This document shows positions 27,053 to 37,584 of a DNA stretch of 64,000 nucleotides, in pieces. Origin of the DNA: Bacteroidota bacterium (GTDB lineage: Bacteria; Bacteroidota; Bacteroidia; Chitinophagales; Chitinophagaceae). How positions within the stretch are numbered: the stretch's first letter is position 1; every line of letters starts with the position of its first letter. The stretch spans positions 6,621 through 70,620 of the forward strand of contig JAEYRC010000393.1 of assembly GCA_023409675.1 (NCBI GenBank). The letters are read 5' to 3'. The notes below the pieces were generated by a model. The model ran no database searches. It saw nothing but the letters and a program-made list of their open reading frames with translations, and was not told the origin of the DNA. The translations under genes and the position numbers were made by a program.

Positions 27053-28018
27053 TTATCGCTCTTCCTGATTTAACGCTGTCTTTTGAAGTTTAACTCCTTC
27101 TTCGGATAGTGGAGCGGATGCTTTCTGTTTCGCATACCCTTTATTGATACTGTAAACACTGGCAATGATTGTAACAAAAGCCAGTGCAGTTAGCCAGGTG
27201 ATTTTTTCATTGAGGATCAGCGCGCCGAGTACAATAGCTATCAAAGGATTAATATACGCGTAAATCGATACCAGTCCGGCCGGTAACCGTTCCAGCGCAT
27301 ATAAAAAGCAGCCATAAGCGATCAGCGATCCGACAATTATAAGGTAGATCAATGCCAGGATACTGTTCATAGAAACGGAAGACAGCATGCTGTAATCATC
27401 GAATAGGAAACTTAGTATAAAGATGACAACGCTGCCGCTGCTGAGCTGGATAGCCGCGTTCACAAAAGCATTTCCGCTAACCTGATTGTGCTTCGCATAT
27501 ACGGTACCGGCAGACCATGAAAAACAGGCTATAAAAGTGACGAGGATACCATACAGATAATTCGGGTTGGTAAGGTCGGCGAGGTTATCGCGGAATATCA
27601 GCGCAATGCCCAGGCAGCCCAAAAATAAGCCGCCGATGATCTGGCGGTTGAGGGCCTTTTTTTCAACTCCTGCGGAATAGCTGATGATAACGACAAAAAG
27701 TGGAAGAATGGAGGTGATCATGGAAGCCAGGCCGCTGGGAATATAAATCTCGGCCCAGCCAACCAGTCCGTTGCCAAGTCCGATCATCAGCGTGCCCGCT
27801 ATCGACTGGGTGATGAACACCTTTTTCGTGATGTTGAGCTTCCTCCGGGTTAGTATTAAAATACCAAAGAGCAGGGTTCCTGCTGTAAGCTGCCGTATGG
27901 CGGAGAAAAGGAATGCCGGGAAGGTTTCCACTCCGATTCGTAATGCCAGATAGGTGGTGCCCCAGACAAGACAAACTAAGGCCAGGGCGAGGTAAGCTGC
28001 AGAATTTCCTTTTTTCAC
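27053..28018 (-). CDS. EamA/DMT superfamily transporter
   Basis: 321 aa with 10 TM helices in two EamA repeats. It uses a GTG start. Confidence 0.85.
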   Translation of the reverse strand: MKKGNSAAYLALALVCLVWGTTYLALRIGVETFPAFLFSAIRQLTAGTLLFGILILTRRKLNITKKVFITQSIAGTLMIGLGNGLVGWAEIYIPSGLASMITSILPLFVVIISYSAGVEKKALNRQIIGGLFLGCLGIALIFRDNLADLTNPNYLYGILVTFIACFSWSAGTVYAKHNQVSGNAFVNAAIQLSSGSVVIFILSFLFDDYSMLSSVSMNSILALIYLIIVGSLIAYGCFLYALERLPAGLVSIYAYINPLIAIVLGALILNEKITWLTALAFVTIIASVYSINKGYAKQKASAPLSEEGVKLQKTALNQEER

Positions 28019-28082
28019 GGCCGCAAAGATACAGTTAAGCAGGTTGTGCCAGATGTTCGGTTGATAGAAGTTTTGTCGTGTT

Positions 28083-28258
28083 GCAGATTTATTTACTGCA
28101 GAACTGCATGGATTTTTAGCAGATTTCTCAGATGGTAAATGTGGTTATGCTTTGAAGGTTCCCGGAAATTAGCGCAGAAATGAGCAAATTATTCCATTTA
28201 TGTATTCATCGGCGAAATCGCCTAAAAATCCCCGCGCATCTGTGGGAATCCTCTGTGC
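28083..28258. repeat. Inverted pair of 'GCAGAT...GATTTTTAG' family repeats
   Basis: The forward arm is 28083-28135 (gcagatttatttactgcagaactgcatggatttttagcagatttctcagatgg). The reverse complement of 28211-28258 reads gcacagaggattcccacagatgcgcggggatttttaggcgatttcgcc. Both are about 70% similar to the modules at 60071-60147 and 61480-61556. Confidence 0.6.
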
Positions 28259-28345
28259 TATAATCCATAACCACCAATACTATAATCGGGAACCATCGCA
28301 TAATTTTTTTTCGTTACTTTAGGCCAAACCCGTAAACTACTGCCA

Positions 28346-28903
28346 ATGGATGACCCGACCGGGAATGAGTTGCTGTTGTTGACCCGGTTGAAGGCGGGAA
28401 GTGAAGAAGCTTTTTCAGCAATCTACCGCCTATACTGGGAAAAATTATTTTTTATCGCGCATAAACGTCTTCAGTCTGCCGAAGATGCCAAAGAAGTGAT
28501 CCAGGAGGTGTTTCTTACCATTTGGCATAAAAGAAGTCAGTTGAACATACAATCATTGCCTATATATCTTGCTGCCATGACCCGCTACGCCGTGTACCGT
28601 CATTTAGCCAATGCCAGGCGAAGGGCAGATCATATTAATAACGCGCGGATACCCGCATCCCACAGTATTGATGTGGAAAACAAACAATTGCTCGATATCC
28701 TGTTGCGACTTTCCAATGAACTGCCCGAAAAACACCGACTGGTCTTCATTCATCATAAACTACTTGACCGCCCCCTACAGGAAGTTGCCGATCTGCTGGG
28801 CGTTTCGGTGCGTACCGCTGAAGGCTATTCCGCCAAAGTGATGGAATTTATGCGCCGCCACAGAAATCAGCTAACTGTATCCCCGCTGATATTTTTGCTA
28901 TAA
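28346..28903 (+). CDS. ECF-type RNA polymerase sigma-70 factor
   Basis: 185 aa. Region 2 reads EEAFSAIYRLYWEKLFFIAHKRLQSAEDAKEVIQEVF and the region 4 HTH reads LQEVADLLGVSVRTAEGY. Confidence 0.85.
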   Translation: MDDPTGNELLLLTRLKAGSEEAFSAIYRLYWEKLFFIAHKRLQSAEDAKEVIQEVFLTIWHKRSQLNIQSLPIYLAAMTRYAVYRHLANARRRADHINNARIPASHSIDVENKQLLDILLRLSNELPEKHRLVFIHHKLLDRPLQEVADLLGVSVRTAEGYSAKVMEFMRRHRNQLTVSPLIFLL

Positions 28904-29051
28904 TCTGCTTGAATAAATGTTCATTAGGATTGTCGATGGCCCTGACCGAAAGTGCCTGTTCCATAATCTTCCCAGACTCCCCCTAAAAAAAAACTTAATT
29001 TTTTTGCGTACAAGGTCCTGCGTCATGACTCTATGATATAAACAGCATTGT

Positions 29052-30239
29052 ATGATTCCTGATAAGATCAGAGAAATCGCTGAAAAATACCTGACAGGCG
29101 TTGCAACGCCGGAAGAAGTTCAACAACTGCACGACTGGTACGATTCGGAGGAGGAAGGGAATACCGAATTGGTTATCACCAGAGAACCTATAACGATGCA
29201 GCAGTATGGAGAAAATTCTTTGGCGCAGCTAATGGCCGTTATCCGGCAGGAAAAGCAGGATCAGGCAGCACCTCACAGCAACAAACTTCCTGTAGTAAAA
29301 CGATTCACTGCATGGTGGGGAATCACCGCTGCTGCGGCCATACTGATCGCAATTATTATAACCGGCTATTTGTATTTCCGGAGCCCGTCGGATAACAATA
29401 CAGGTCTGGCTAACACTGAAGACATGCCCGCCATGGAGATCAAACCGGGAGGAAATGTAGCCGTGCTGACCCTGGCAGATGGTACAAGCATTGCGCTTGA
29501 CAGTCTTAATACCCATGCTCTGCCACCACAGGGAAATACTGAACTGCTCCGGCCTGCAGATGGCCAGTTGATCTATACTGCTCCCCCGGATGCCGAAAAG
29601 GCTGTGATGTTTAATACCCTCCGTACACCCAATGGCGGACAATACCAGCTCACCCTTCCCGATGGAACAAGGGTTTGGCTGAATGCCGCATCCAGTTTGC
29701 GTTATCCCACTGCATTTATTGGTTCCTCAAGAACAGTTGAACTGCTTGGGGAAGGCTATTTTGAAGTTACCACCAATGCCGCACAACCCTTTATTGTGAG
29801 CACGCCTTCCGCGATGGTTACCGTTTTGGGAACTCATTTTAATATTAATGCCTATTCCAACGAACAGGTTTCGCGAACAACTCTGCTGGAGGGTAGGGTG
29901 CAGGTAGGAGCATTCGGAGAAACCGTGATGCTAAAGCCGGGGCAGCAGGCCGGAATACCGCAGCAGCCGGGAGAAATACAAATTACTCAGGCCGACATAA
30001 ACCAGGTGATGGCCTGGAAGAACGGCTATTTTGCCTTTGAGCATACTGATCTTAAAACATTGATGCGTCAGATAGCCCGCTGGTATGACGTGGAAATTCT
30101 GTATGAGCAGGAGCCTGGCGATGCCCGATTTGTAGGTGAGGTTTCCCGTAATACAAATTTATCGGAAGTGCTGAAGATTCTGGAATTAAGTGGCGTGCAT
30201 TTCCGGATCGATGGTAAGCGGATCATTGTGACACCATAG
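29052..30239 (+). CDS. FecR family anti-sigma factor / transmembrane sensor
   Basis: 395 aa. The order is an N-terminal anti-sigma segment, a single TM helix (WWGITAAAAILIAIIITGYLYF), a FecR domain (LPDGTRVWLNAASSLRYP), and a C-terminal DUF4974-like tail. Confidence 0.85.
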   Translation: MIPDKIREIAEKYLTGVATPEEVQQLHDWYDSEEEGNTELVITREPITMQQYGENSLAQLMAVIRQEKQDQAAPHSNKLPVVKRFTAWWGITAAAAILIAIIITGYLYFRSPSDNNTGLANTEDMPAMEIKPGGNVAVLTLADGTSIALDSLNTHALPPQGNTELLRPADGQLIYTAPPDAEKAVMFNTLRTPNGGQYQLTLPDGTRVWLNAASSLRYPTAFIGSSRTVELLGEGYFEVTTNAAQPFIVSTPSAMVTVLGTHFNINAYSNEQVSRTTLLEGRVQVGAFGETVMLKPGQQAGIPQQPGEIQITQADINQVMAWKNGYFAFEHTDLKTLMRQIARWYDVEILYEQEPGDARFVGEVSRNTNLSEVLKILELSGVHFRIDGKRIIVTP

Positions 30240-30305
30240 TGCAATGGAAGGAAAAGTATTGGTCAATAAAAAAAACTGAAAAACCAAAATAGGATCTGAA
30301 AGAAA

Positions 30306-30329
30306 CCGGAAGCGTTGGCGCGCTTCCGG
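30306..30329 (+). promoter_or_regulatory. Strong GC hairpin in the fecR-susC intergenic region
   Basis: A perfect 9-bp stem: ccggaagcg (30306-30314) pairs with cgcttccgg (30321-30329) around a 6-nt loop. No T-run follows. Confidence 0.5.
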
Positions 30330-30479
30330 CAGATGTAAGGATACCTCATGTTTTGTAGCTGTTACTACCGGCGAAAGCCGCAAACAATCTTGTAAACCCA
30401 ACATGACAAAAATATGATTTTTAGCCTTCTTTACAAGGCCCTTAGGGTACTGCGGCCTGTAAACGACCAAACTATCAGA

Positions 30480-33400
30480 ATGATGAACTTTACTGCTGTG
30501 TTGATACTTGCAGCCTGTTTGCAGGTCAGTGCCACAGGGTTTTCACAACAAGTTACCATTAAAGCTGAAAATGTACGGCTTGAAAAGATCTTCAGCCAGA
30601 TCAAAAAACAGACCGGCTATACATTTTTTTATAATGCCGGCGTCATGAAAAACGCGCATGCGGTAAGCATCAGCGTCAACAAGGTTCCCTTTACAGAAGT
30701 ACTGGAACAATGCCTGCGCGATCAGCCGCTAACCTGGTCGATCGTGAATAAAACCATTGTGATCCGGCAAAAGGTGATAAATACACCCAGGCTTTCGACC
30801 TCAATGGAAAAAGTACTGGCTGATATTCGGGGAGTGATCCTGGATGCGGAGAATCGTCAGCCCATTTCCGGGGCTAATATTCGGGTGAAGAACGGAACTG
30901 GCGGAGCTGTGTCGAACGACCGGGGCGAATTTACCCTTCAGGCCGATTCCGGCGCTGTGCTTCAAGTCAGCTTTGTAGGCTATGAAACAAGAGAAGTAGT
31001 GGTTAAAGGAAGCGCCTTTCTAACGATTACCCTTAACCGGAATGAAAAGCCGATGCATGATGTGGTGATCACCGGTTACCAGGTGATTAACAAAGAAAGC
31101 TATACCGGTACCACCACCACCGTTTCCGGTGAGGACTTGAAGAAAACAAATCCCCTGAATGTATTGCAGTCGCTGCAATCGTTCGACCCCGCTTTTAAGA
31201 TTGCGGATAATAACCTGCTGGGTTCTGATCCCAACCGGCTGCCGGCCATCAATATGCGCGGTTCTACCGCATTACCTACAGGCAGTGAGGGTTTGCTCGA
31301 CAGAAACAACCTTGCCACCAGTGTCAACCTTCCCACCTTTATTATGGATGGTTTTGAAGTGAGCCTGCAAAAAGTCTATGACCTAGATATTAACCGCATA
31401 CAATCGATCACCTTACTGAAAGATGCGGCTGCCACAGCCATCTATGGTTCGCGCGCGGCCAACGGGGTTGTTGTAATTACAACCGTACCGCCAAAAGAGG
31501 GTAAACTTCAGCTTGCCTATAATTATGAAGTGAATGTTATGGGCCCGGATCTGACCGATTATAATGTATTGAATGCCTCCGAAAAGTTGGAATACGAACG
31601 TCTTGCCGGCTTGTATCTTTCTGCCAATAATCCTGCTCTTAGTCAGGATCAGCTCGATGAAATCTATTACCGTAAAATGCAGAATGTGGTTGGAGGCGTA
31701 AATACGTACTGGCTTTCTCAACCCCTGAGAACCGCAACCGGGCAAAAGCATTCCATGTTTATTGAAGGCGGATCGCCCTCTATTCGTTATGGTGTGGAAT
31801 TGCGGTATCAGTCTACCCCCGGTGTAATGAAGGGCTCTTATCGTGACAGGTATAGTCTTGGTATGAACCTGACCTACAACCCCAGCAAAAAGTTCTCTTT
31901 CCGCAACGTGCTGACAGTCGCCTATGTAAAATCTGAAGAGTCGCCCTATGGCGGGTTTGACGAATATGTGCGCATGAACCCATATTATCCCAAAATGGAT
32001 TCCCTGGGCAATACGATTCGTGAGATCGACAATTGGGTGAACCGCAATACGCCAAATGGCGCTATTCAAACTGAACGGATCTTAAATCCCATGTACAATG
32101 CCGGATTAAGCAGTTTTCGCAAATCAGCCTATACCGAACTTATCGATGCCTTTTCCGCTGAGTGGAATATCACCAGGGGATTACGGCTCCGCTCCCTGAT
32201 CAGTATGACGCATATCAATTCAGCCTTTGATAATTTTTCTTCCCCACTGGCAAATGAATTTTATTTCTACCCGGTAAATGAACTGGCTAACCGCGGCAGG
32301 TACGATTATGGACAGGTAAATGAAACTGCCTTCGATGGCAATATAACCCTCACCTATAACCGCCAGGTTCAGCAGCATTTTTTCAATCTCGCGCTGGGCT
32401 CTAATATTCGTACCTACCTGAATAATGGTAAAAGTTTTTCTGCTATCGGCTTTACCAATGATCGCTTCACCAATATTGGGTTCGCCAATCGCTATCAGGA
32501 GAACAGCAGTCCCGGCGGAAATATCGCCCGCGACCGGCTATTTGGTTCCTTTTTAAGTATGAACTACTCCCTGAAGAACAAATACCTGATGGATGTTTCG
32601 ATACGAGCCGATGGTTCATCAAAATTCGGATCTGAAAATAAGGTGGCTCCCTTCTGGGCACTTGGGCTGGGCTGGAATTTGCACAAGGAAAGCATCTTTG
32701 ATAATACTGCCGTTAGCCTGCTTCGGCTGAGAGCCAGTACAGGCCTGACCGGAGCCGTGTCTTTCCCGCCCTACCTGTCAAAAACAACTTTTAACTATTA
32801 CAGCAACAACTGGTATTCTACCGGGGTAGGGGCTATTGTTAATCAGTATGGAAATGAAAACCTGCAATGGCAGCGAACCAAAAATTATGATGTTGGGATT
32901 GATATGGGCTTTTTCAATGACCGCCTGTCGATTTCACCCCGATATTATTATAAGCTGACCGAAGGCCTGCTTGCCGACATCATGCTTCCACCCTCAACGG
33001 GTTTCTCTTCCTATAAAGATAATCTTGGTGATATGGAGAATTTCGGTTTTGAACTGAACCTGAAATATGATGTCATTAAGAATAAAAATCTGACTGCAAC
33101 TTTTACAGCGAATATGATCAGCAATAAGAACCGGATTCTCCGGATCTCGAATGCACTGAAAGCGTATAATGATAAAGCTGATGATCAGCAGGTCACAGAC
33201 GAATACCGGTCTGTTCCCTTGCTGCGCTTCAAAGAAGGCCAGTCGATGAATACGATCTATGCCGTCCGATCGCTGGGTATCGATCCCGAAAATGGTCAGG
33301 AGATCTTTATAAAACGAAATGATTCGCTTACCTACACCTGGGATGTAAATGATATTGTTCCCGTAGGAGATTTTACGGCGGAGGCTGAAGGTTTTCTGGG

Positions 33401-33827
33401 CGCAAACTTCGCCTATAAGAACTTTCTGTTATCGCTTAATGTCTATTATCGTTTTGGAGGCGATATGTATAACCAGACACTTGCCGACAGGGTCGAGAAT
33501 GCTGATCCCCGCTTCAATGTAGACCGCCGGGTACTCGATCAGCGCTGGAAACAGCCGGGTGATAAAACTTTTTATAAGGATATCGCTAACCTTGGCACTT
33601 CCTTCGCGTCGGAACGATTTGTTCAGCGCGACAATCTGATCGAATTGCGTTCGGTTTATCTTTCTTACGACTTTAAACCACGCATCTATTCTAAAATGGG
33701 TATGAATCATTTGCGGCTTGCCTTCACCATGAACGACATCTGGCGTTCCAGTTCCATTCAGGTTGAACGGGGCATTCAATATCCTTTTGCACGCAATTTC
33801 ACCTTCTCTGTTCAAACAAGCTTTTAA
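30480..33827 (+). CDS. SusC/RagA TonB-linked outer membrane protein with N-terminal STN signalling domain
   Basis: I place the start at ATG 30480 (MMNFTAVLILAACLQVSATG). The order is an STN domain (ENVRLEKIFSQIKKQTGYTFFYN), a CarboxypepD_reg domain, a plug (LLKDAAATAIYGSRAANGVVVITT), and a barrel. Confidence 0.9.
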   Translation: MMNFTAVLILAACLQVSATGFSQQVTIKAENVRLEKIFSQIKKQTGYTFFYNAGVMKNAHAVSISVNKVPFTEVLEQCLRDQPLTWSIVNKTIVIRQKVINTPRLSTSMEKVLADIRGVILDAENRQPISGANIRVKNGTGGAVSNDRGEFTLQADSGAVLQVSFVGYETREVVVKGSAFLTITLNRNEKPMHDVVITGYQVINKESYTGTTTTVSGEDLKKTNPLNVLQSLQSFDPAFKIADNNLLGSDPNRLPAINMRGSTALPTGSEGLLDRNNLATSVNLPTFIMDGFEVSLQKVYDLDINRIQSITLLKDAAATAIYGSRAANGVVVITTVPPKEGKLQLAYNYEVNVMGPDLTDYNVLNASEKLEYERLAGLYLSANNPALSQDQLDEIYYRKMQNVVGGVNTYWLSQPLRTATGQKHSMFIEGGSPSIRYGVELRYQSTPGVMKGSYRDRYSLGMNLTYNPSKKFSFRNVLTVAYVKSEESPYGGFDEYVRMNPYYPKMDSLGNTIREIDNWVNRNTPNGAIQTERILNPMYNAGLSSFRKSAYTELIDAFSAEWNITRGLRLRSLISMTHINSAFDNFSSPLANEFYFYPVNELANRGRYDYGQVNETAFDGNITLTYNRQVQQHFFNLALGSNIRTYLNNGKSFSAIGFTNDRFTNIGFANRYQENSSPGGNIARDRLFGSFLSMNYSLKNKYLMDVSIRADGSSKFGSENKVAPFWALGLGWNLHKESIFDNTAVSLLRLRASTGLTGAVSFPPYLSKTTFNYYSNNWYSTGVGAIVNQYGNENLQWQRTKNYDVGIDMGFFNDRLSISPRYYYKLTEGLLADIMLPPSTGFSSYKDNLGDMENFGFELNLKYDVIKNKNLTATFTANMISNKNRILRISNALKAYNDKADDQQVTDEYRSVPLLRFKEGQSMNTIYAVRSLGIDPENGQEIFIKRNDSLTYTWDVNDIVPVGDFTAEAEGFLGANFAYKNFLLSLNVYYRFGGDMYNQTLADRVENADPRFNVDRRVLDQRWKQPGDKTFYKDIANLGTSFASERFVQRDNLIELRSVYLSYDFKPRIYSKMGMNHLRLAFTMNDIWRSSSIQVERGIQYPFARNFTFSVQTSF

Positions 33828-33836
33828 TATATTATA

Positions 33837-35300
33837 ATGAAAACAGGAATAACAATATTTTGCTTTCTGCTGCTTTTTACCTCCTGTAAAAAATTCCTCG
33901 ACGTAATACCGGAGTCGGATATTGCAAAGGATGAATTGTTCAATACCGCAGAAGGATTTGAAGAAGCGCTTAATGGCGTTTACTCACGGGCAACGCAGGG
34001 AGATATATATGGTAATGAACTCACCTTCGGACTTCCGGATGTACTGGCCCAAAACTATTCTATCAGCTTCTTTGATAACATGGCCTACCGCCAAACTGCT
34101 CTTTTCAATTATACCGATGCCGGTTTTACCGGTCGCCGGGATGCGATCTGGAAAGGATTATACCATGCCATCAGCAGCTGCAACCTGATTCTGGAAAATA
34201 TTGAAGAGAAGAAAAATCTGCTCAGCAGTGAAAATTACGCACTGATCAAAGCTGAAGCCCTTGCATTGCGGGCGTATTTCCATTTCGATCTGCTGAGATT
34301 GTTTGCACCTTCTTTTATCACTGAGCCCACAGGAAGAGGTATTCCGTATGTCACGGCATTTACCAATAAGGTTACGCCAATGTCGACGGTTTCGGAAGCG
34401 CTTGAAAAAGTTATTGCCGATCTGGAAGCTGCCAAAGCATTATTACTGCCTGTTGATCCGATCATCAGCAGCGACTATGTGGTCGGCTACCCTGGCGATG
34501 ATGATGCGCTGGAACAGGATTCACCTTCTTTGTTTCTCCACAACCGACGCCATCGCATGAATTATTATGCGGTCTGCGGATCACTGGCCCGGGCGTATCT
34601 GTATAAGCAGGACCATCCGAAGGCATTAACGCATGCCCAAATTGTGATCGATGCTGAAAAATTCCCCTGGACTAAGACAGTTGATTTTATCACTCCCGAT
34701 CTTACTCAGAAAGACCGGATACTGTATAAGGAACTGGTATTTGCCTGGTATATACCAAACCGGCAACAGGACCTGCTGAATCGTTTTGCCGCTGGTGGTG
34801 CCGGGTTATATATCGAAGAGAATGCGGGGAAAGCGCTTTTTGAAGTCGCCGGAGTTGGCGCTGAAGACCTGCGTTTCAAAGAATGGATGAGGCTGGCTAT
34901 AGACATCTCCGCGAGTCGCTATGAAGTTCAGAAGTATTTGCGCGACGACCAGGAAAACCGTCATCCGGTGGTGGCGCCGGCGCTGCGCATCAGTGAACTT
35001 TATTATATCGCCGCAGAAGCAAGCTACGATACCGATCCGCAGCAGGCACTCGATTATTTTAATACCGTCAGGTTTCACCGGGGTATTGGAACTACACTCA
35101 ATGTCGGTTCACGGGATGCGTTTATCCGTGAACTAATTAATGAGGCCCGCAAAGAATTTTATGCAGAAGGTCAGATCTTCTACATGTACAAAAGGCTGAA
35201 CAAAAATATTACCGGCCCCGGGGGAACAAGCTTTCCGGTCACCAATACAATTTTTGTGCTGCCTCTTCCCAACGATGAAATAGAATTTGGAAACCGATAA
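33837..35300 (+). CDS. RagB/SusD family nutrient-uptake outer membrane lipoprotein
   Basis: 487 aa with lipobox LFTSC|KKFLDVIPESD. It starts 9 nt after SusC. Confidence 0.85.
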   Translation: MKTGITIFCFLLLFTSCKKFLDVIPESDIAKDELFNTAEGFEEALNGVYSRATQGDIYGNELTFGLPDVLAQNYSISFFDNMAYRQTALFNYTDAGFTGRRDAIWKGLYHAISSCNLILENIEEKKNLLSSENYALIKAEALALRAYFHFDLLRLFAPSFITEPTGRGIPYVTAFTNKVTPMSTVSEALEKVIADLEAAKALLLPVDPIISSDYVVGYPGDDDALEQDSPSLFLHNRRHRMNYYAVCGSLARAYLYKQDHPKALTHAQIVIDAEKFPWTKTVDFITPDLTQKDRILYKELVFAWYIPNRQQDLLNRFAAGGAGLYIEENAGKALFEVAGVGAEDLRFKEWMRLAIDISASRYEVQKYLRDDQENRHPVVAPALRISELYYIAAEASYDTDPQQALDYFNTVRFHRGIGTTLNVGSRDAFIRELINEARKEFYAEGQIFYMYKRLNKNITGPGGTSFPVTNTIFVLPLPNDEIEFGNR

Positions 35301-35311
35301 TTCCCGTATAC

Positions 35312-36121
35312 ATGAAAAAAATACTTATTGCTTTTTTGTCGGTATTAGTCCTCTTGTCATGTAAAAAGGCTGCAGAGTTGCGTTACGATGCTCCCGACAA
35401 CATATATTTTGATTTTGATCCAAATACATCCGATCGCGACAGCATCGTTTACACCTTTGCGTATGAACCTGGCAAAGCATCTGATACCATCTTTCTGCCG
35501 GTTAGAATATCCGGCAACCGAATTCCGGAGGATCGTACTTTTCGCATACAGGAAATTGCCGAAGGCACAACCGCGTTGTCAGGAATACATTATGAAGCAT
35601 TGAGGGCCTCCTATACCATGCCCGCTGATTCTGGTAGAGTATACGTTCCGGTTATACTGTATAATACTGATCCTGAATTAACACAAAAGTCGGTAACTCT
35701 TCAGCTTACCCTTGTTGAAACGCCAGATTTCGGATTACAGATCACCGGCCTGGAGAAGGGTAAGATCCTGTTTTCTGCAAAGCTGGAAAAGCCGTTCTGG
35801 TGGGAGATGTGGCTGGGCCCTTATTATTCGCAGGTTAAACATGAACTGTTTCTCATAAGTTCAGGAACAATACACATGACCACCGACGGACTGGACGCGC
35901 CGAAGAATCTCTATCATGTAGGGCGACTCAATAGTTTTATGAACGATCCCTTTAGCTGGGTAGCACAGCATCCGGATGCCGGCTATGTGCTGGAAAAACA
36001 ATCGGAATCCAGCTATCACTTTTTTAGTTCAGGTAATCCCGCAAAGAAGATTGAACTGAGAAAGAATGAACAATCAGGCCGATACTTTTTTATTGATGAA
36101 AATGGCCAGGAGGTCAATTAA
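35312..36121 (+). CDS. DUF4843-like surface lipoprotein
   Basis: 269 aa with lipobox LLSC|KK. It occupies the third position of the recurrent SusC-SusD-DUF4843-PKD-like-TlpA gene order. The family call is from memory of that order and has not been searched. Confidence 0.55.
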   Translation: MKKILIAFLSVLVLLSCKKAAELRYDAPDNIYFDFDPNTSDRDSIVYTFAYEPGKASDTIFLPVRISGNRIPEDRTFRIQEIAEGTTALSGIHYEALRASYTMPADSGRVYVPVILYNTDPELTQKSVTLQLTLVETPDFGLQITGLEKGKILFSAKLEKPFWWEMWLGPYYSQVKHELFLISSGTIHMTTDGLDAPKNLYHVGRLNSFMNDPFSWVAQHPDAGYVLEKQSESSYHFFSSGNPAKKIELRKNEQSGRYFFIDENGQEVN

Positions 36122-36133
36122 AGCAACATTATC

Positions 36134-37561
36134 ATGAAAAAATTTCTTCTGTATATACTTGCCGGCTACAGCATGTTCCTGGCGGCATGCTATAAAGACC
36201 TGGGTAATTATGACTATAACCTGCCGGAAGTTCCGCAGGTGACCACACTCGATTCGGTGTATTCCGTATTTGTGGGTGACAGTCTTATTATTGATCCGGG
36301 GGTTACCATGAAGCAGGGAACCGGTCATCTTAAATTCGACTGGAAAATTGCGGTTCCCGAACGACTAAGTGAAGAGCGCTATACCGGAAGGCAGTTGCGT
36401 ACTATTTTCGGTCTTGGCCCAATCCGGTATTTCGCGCGCTTAACCATCAGCGATACCCTGAACGGGATGAAGTATTTTCATGATTTCGCTATAGATGGCA
36501 AAACAGCATTTTCTCAGGGTATGGTCGTGCTGAGTGATGAAAATTCGATCAGCAGGCTGAGTTTTATCAAGCCTGATGGCAGCGTTCAGGCCCGTCTATA
36601 CGAAGCCATGCATGGGGAACAATTGCCCGCAGAACCTAAACAACTGATTGCCGTAAGGCAGGCTTATAATCCTGGTGTGGTAAAAAGCTATTGGATCTTT
36701 ACCGGTCAGGGTAATGATCCCGGCCTTCAGCTCGATGCCAATACCATGCAGCGCAAAATGTACCTGAGCGGTAATTTCTTCGATCCGCCATCAACGTTGT
36801 CTGTCGGTACAATGGAAACCAACTTTTTTGGTGTTGTAACCGGAGTGATCAATAACAAACTTTACGCGGGAACAACATCTACCTGGGATCAAAACCCCCT
36901 GTATGGTATGTTCGGACTGGAAACACCCGGCGATTATGAACTCTCGGAAAAGTTCATATTCAACTTTAGCATGGCAACATTTTCCGGTTTTTATATCGGG
37001 TATGATAAGATCAGAAAACAAATTTTGCGGTTCAACCTGTATGGTGTACCCACCTATTTTGGTACCGATTATTCGGTAATGGGTGATGCCTTCGATCCCA
37101 AAAATATGCAGATGGATCTGCTGCATATTGAACAGATCAATGGTGAGGATGTGTTTGCCTTTCTTCGTGACGAAGCAGGGAAAATCTATGAATGCAAATT
37201 CTCTGCGAATTTCAATGGCCCGTTCATGGTAACGCCAATCCATAAACGCGAGTTTATCGGCCAGGATCTGTTCAGTTCAATGCCAAAAATCGCAGCCACA
37301 CCAACCGGAGTATTCTTTTTTACCAAAGGCGATAAAATATTCCGGTACAACCCACTTAATGAGGAGCTGCGGGAGCTTTCTACCAGTTTCGGAGGTGCTG
37401 CAGTATCGATGATCAAACTGCATCCGAATGGAAATGAGCTGATTGCCGGCAGTGCGGGAAAACTGTATTTTCTGGATATCAGTACCGGTAAAAATGGAGA
37501 AGTCCTTAATACCATCGAAGGCATTCCGGGTAATCCTGTTGATCTTGTGATCCGCAACTAA
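36134..37561 (+). CDS. PKD-like family lipoprotein (beta-propeller-like C-terminal part)
   Basis: 475 aa with lipobox LAAC|YKD. The family call rests on its position in the conserved gene order, not on any motif. Confidence 0.55.
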   Translation: MKKFLLYILAGYSMFLAACYKDLGNYDYNLPEVPQVTTLDSVYSVFVGDSLIIDPGVTMKQGTGHLKFDWKIAVPERLSEERYTGRQLRTIFGLGPIRYFARLTISDTLNGMKYFHDFAIDGKTAFSQGMVVLSDENSISRLSFIKPDGSVQARLYEAMHGEQLPAEPKQLIAVRQAYNPGVVKSYWIFTGQGNDPGLQLDANTMQRKMYLSGNFFDPPSTLSVGTMETNFFGVVTGVINNKLYAGTTSTWDQNPLYGMFGLETPGDYELSEKFIFNFSMATFSGFYIGYDKIRKQILRFNLYGVPTYFGTDYSVMGDAFDPKNMQMDLLHIEQINGEDVFAFLRDEAGKIYECKFSANFNGPFMVTPIHKREFIGQDLFSSMPKIAATPTGVFFFTKGDKIFRYNPLNEELRELSTSFGGAAVSMIKLHPNGNELIAGSAGKLYFLDISTGKNGEVLNTIEGIPGNPVDLVIRN

Positions 37562-37584
37562 GCGAAAGCTATTAAAATAATGAT

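Noticed and set aside
31413-32069. A 218-aa minus-strand ORF inside the STN-SusC gene. Similar long antisense ORFs occur at 26404-26949, 41501-42055, 36791-37243, 25013-25414, 4156-4599, 42406-42819 and 52778-53140.
   Set aside because: All lie entirely within strongly supported genes on the opposite strand. Their composition is low-complexity or Arg/Ser/Pro-biased and they carry no motifs. They are shadow ORFs.
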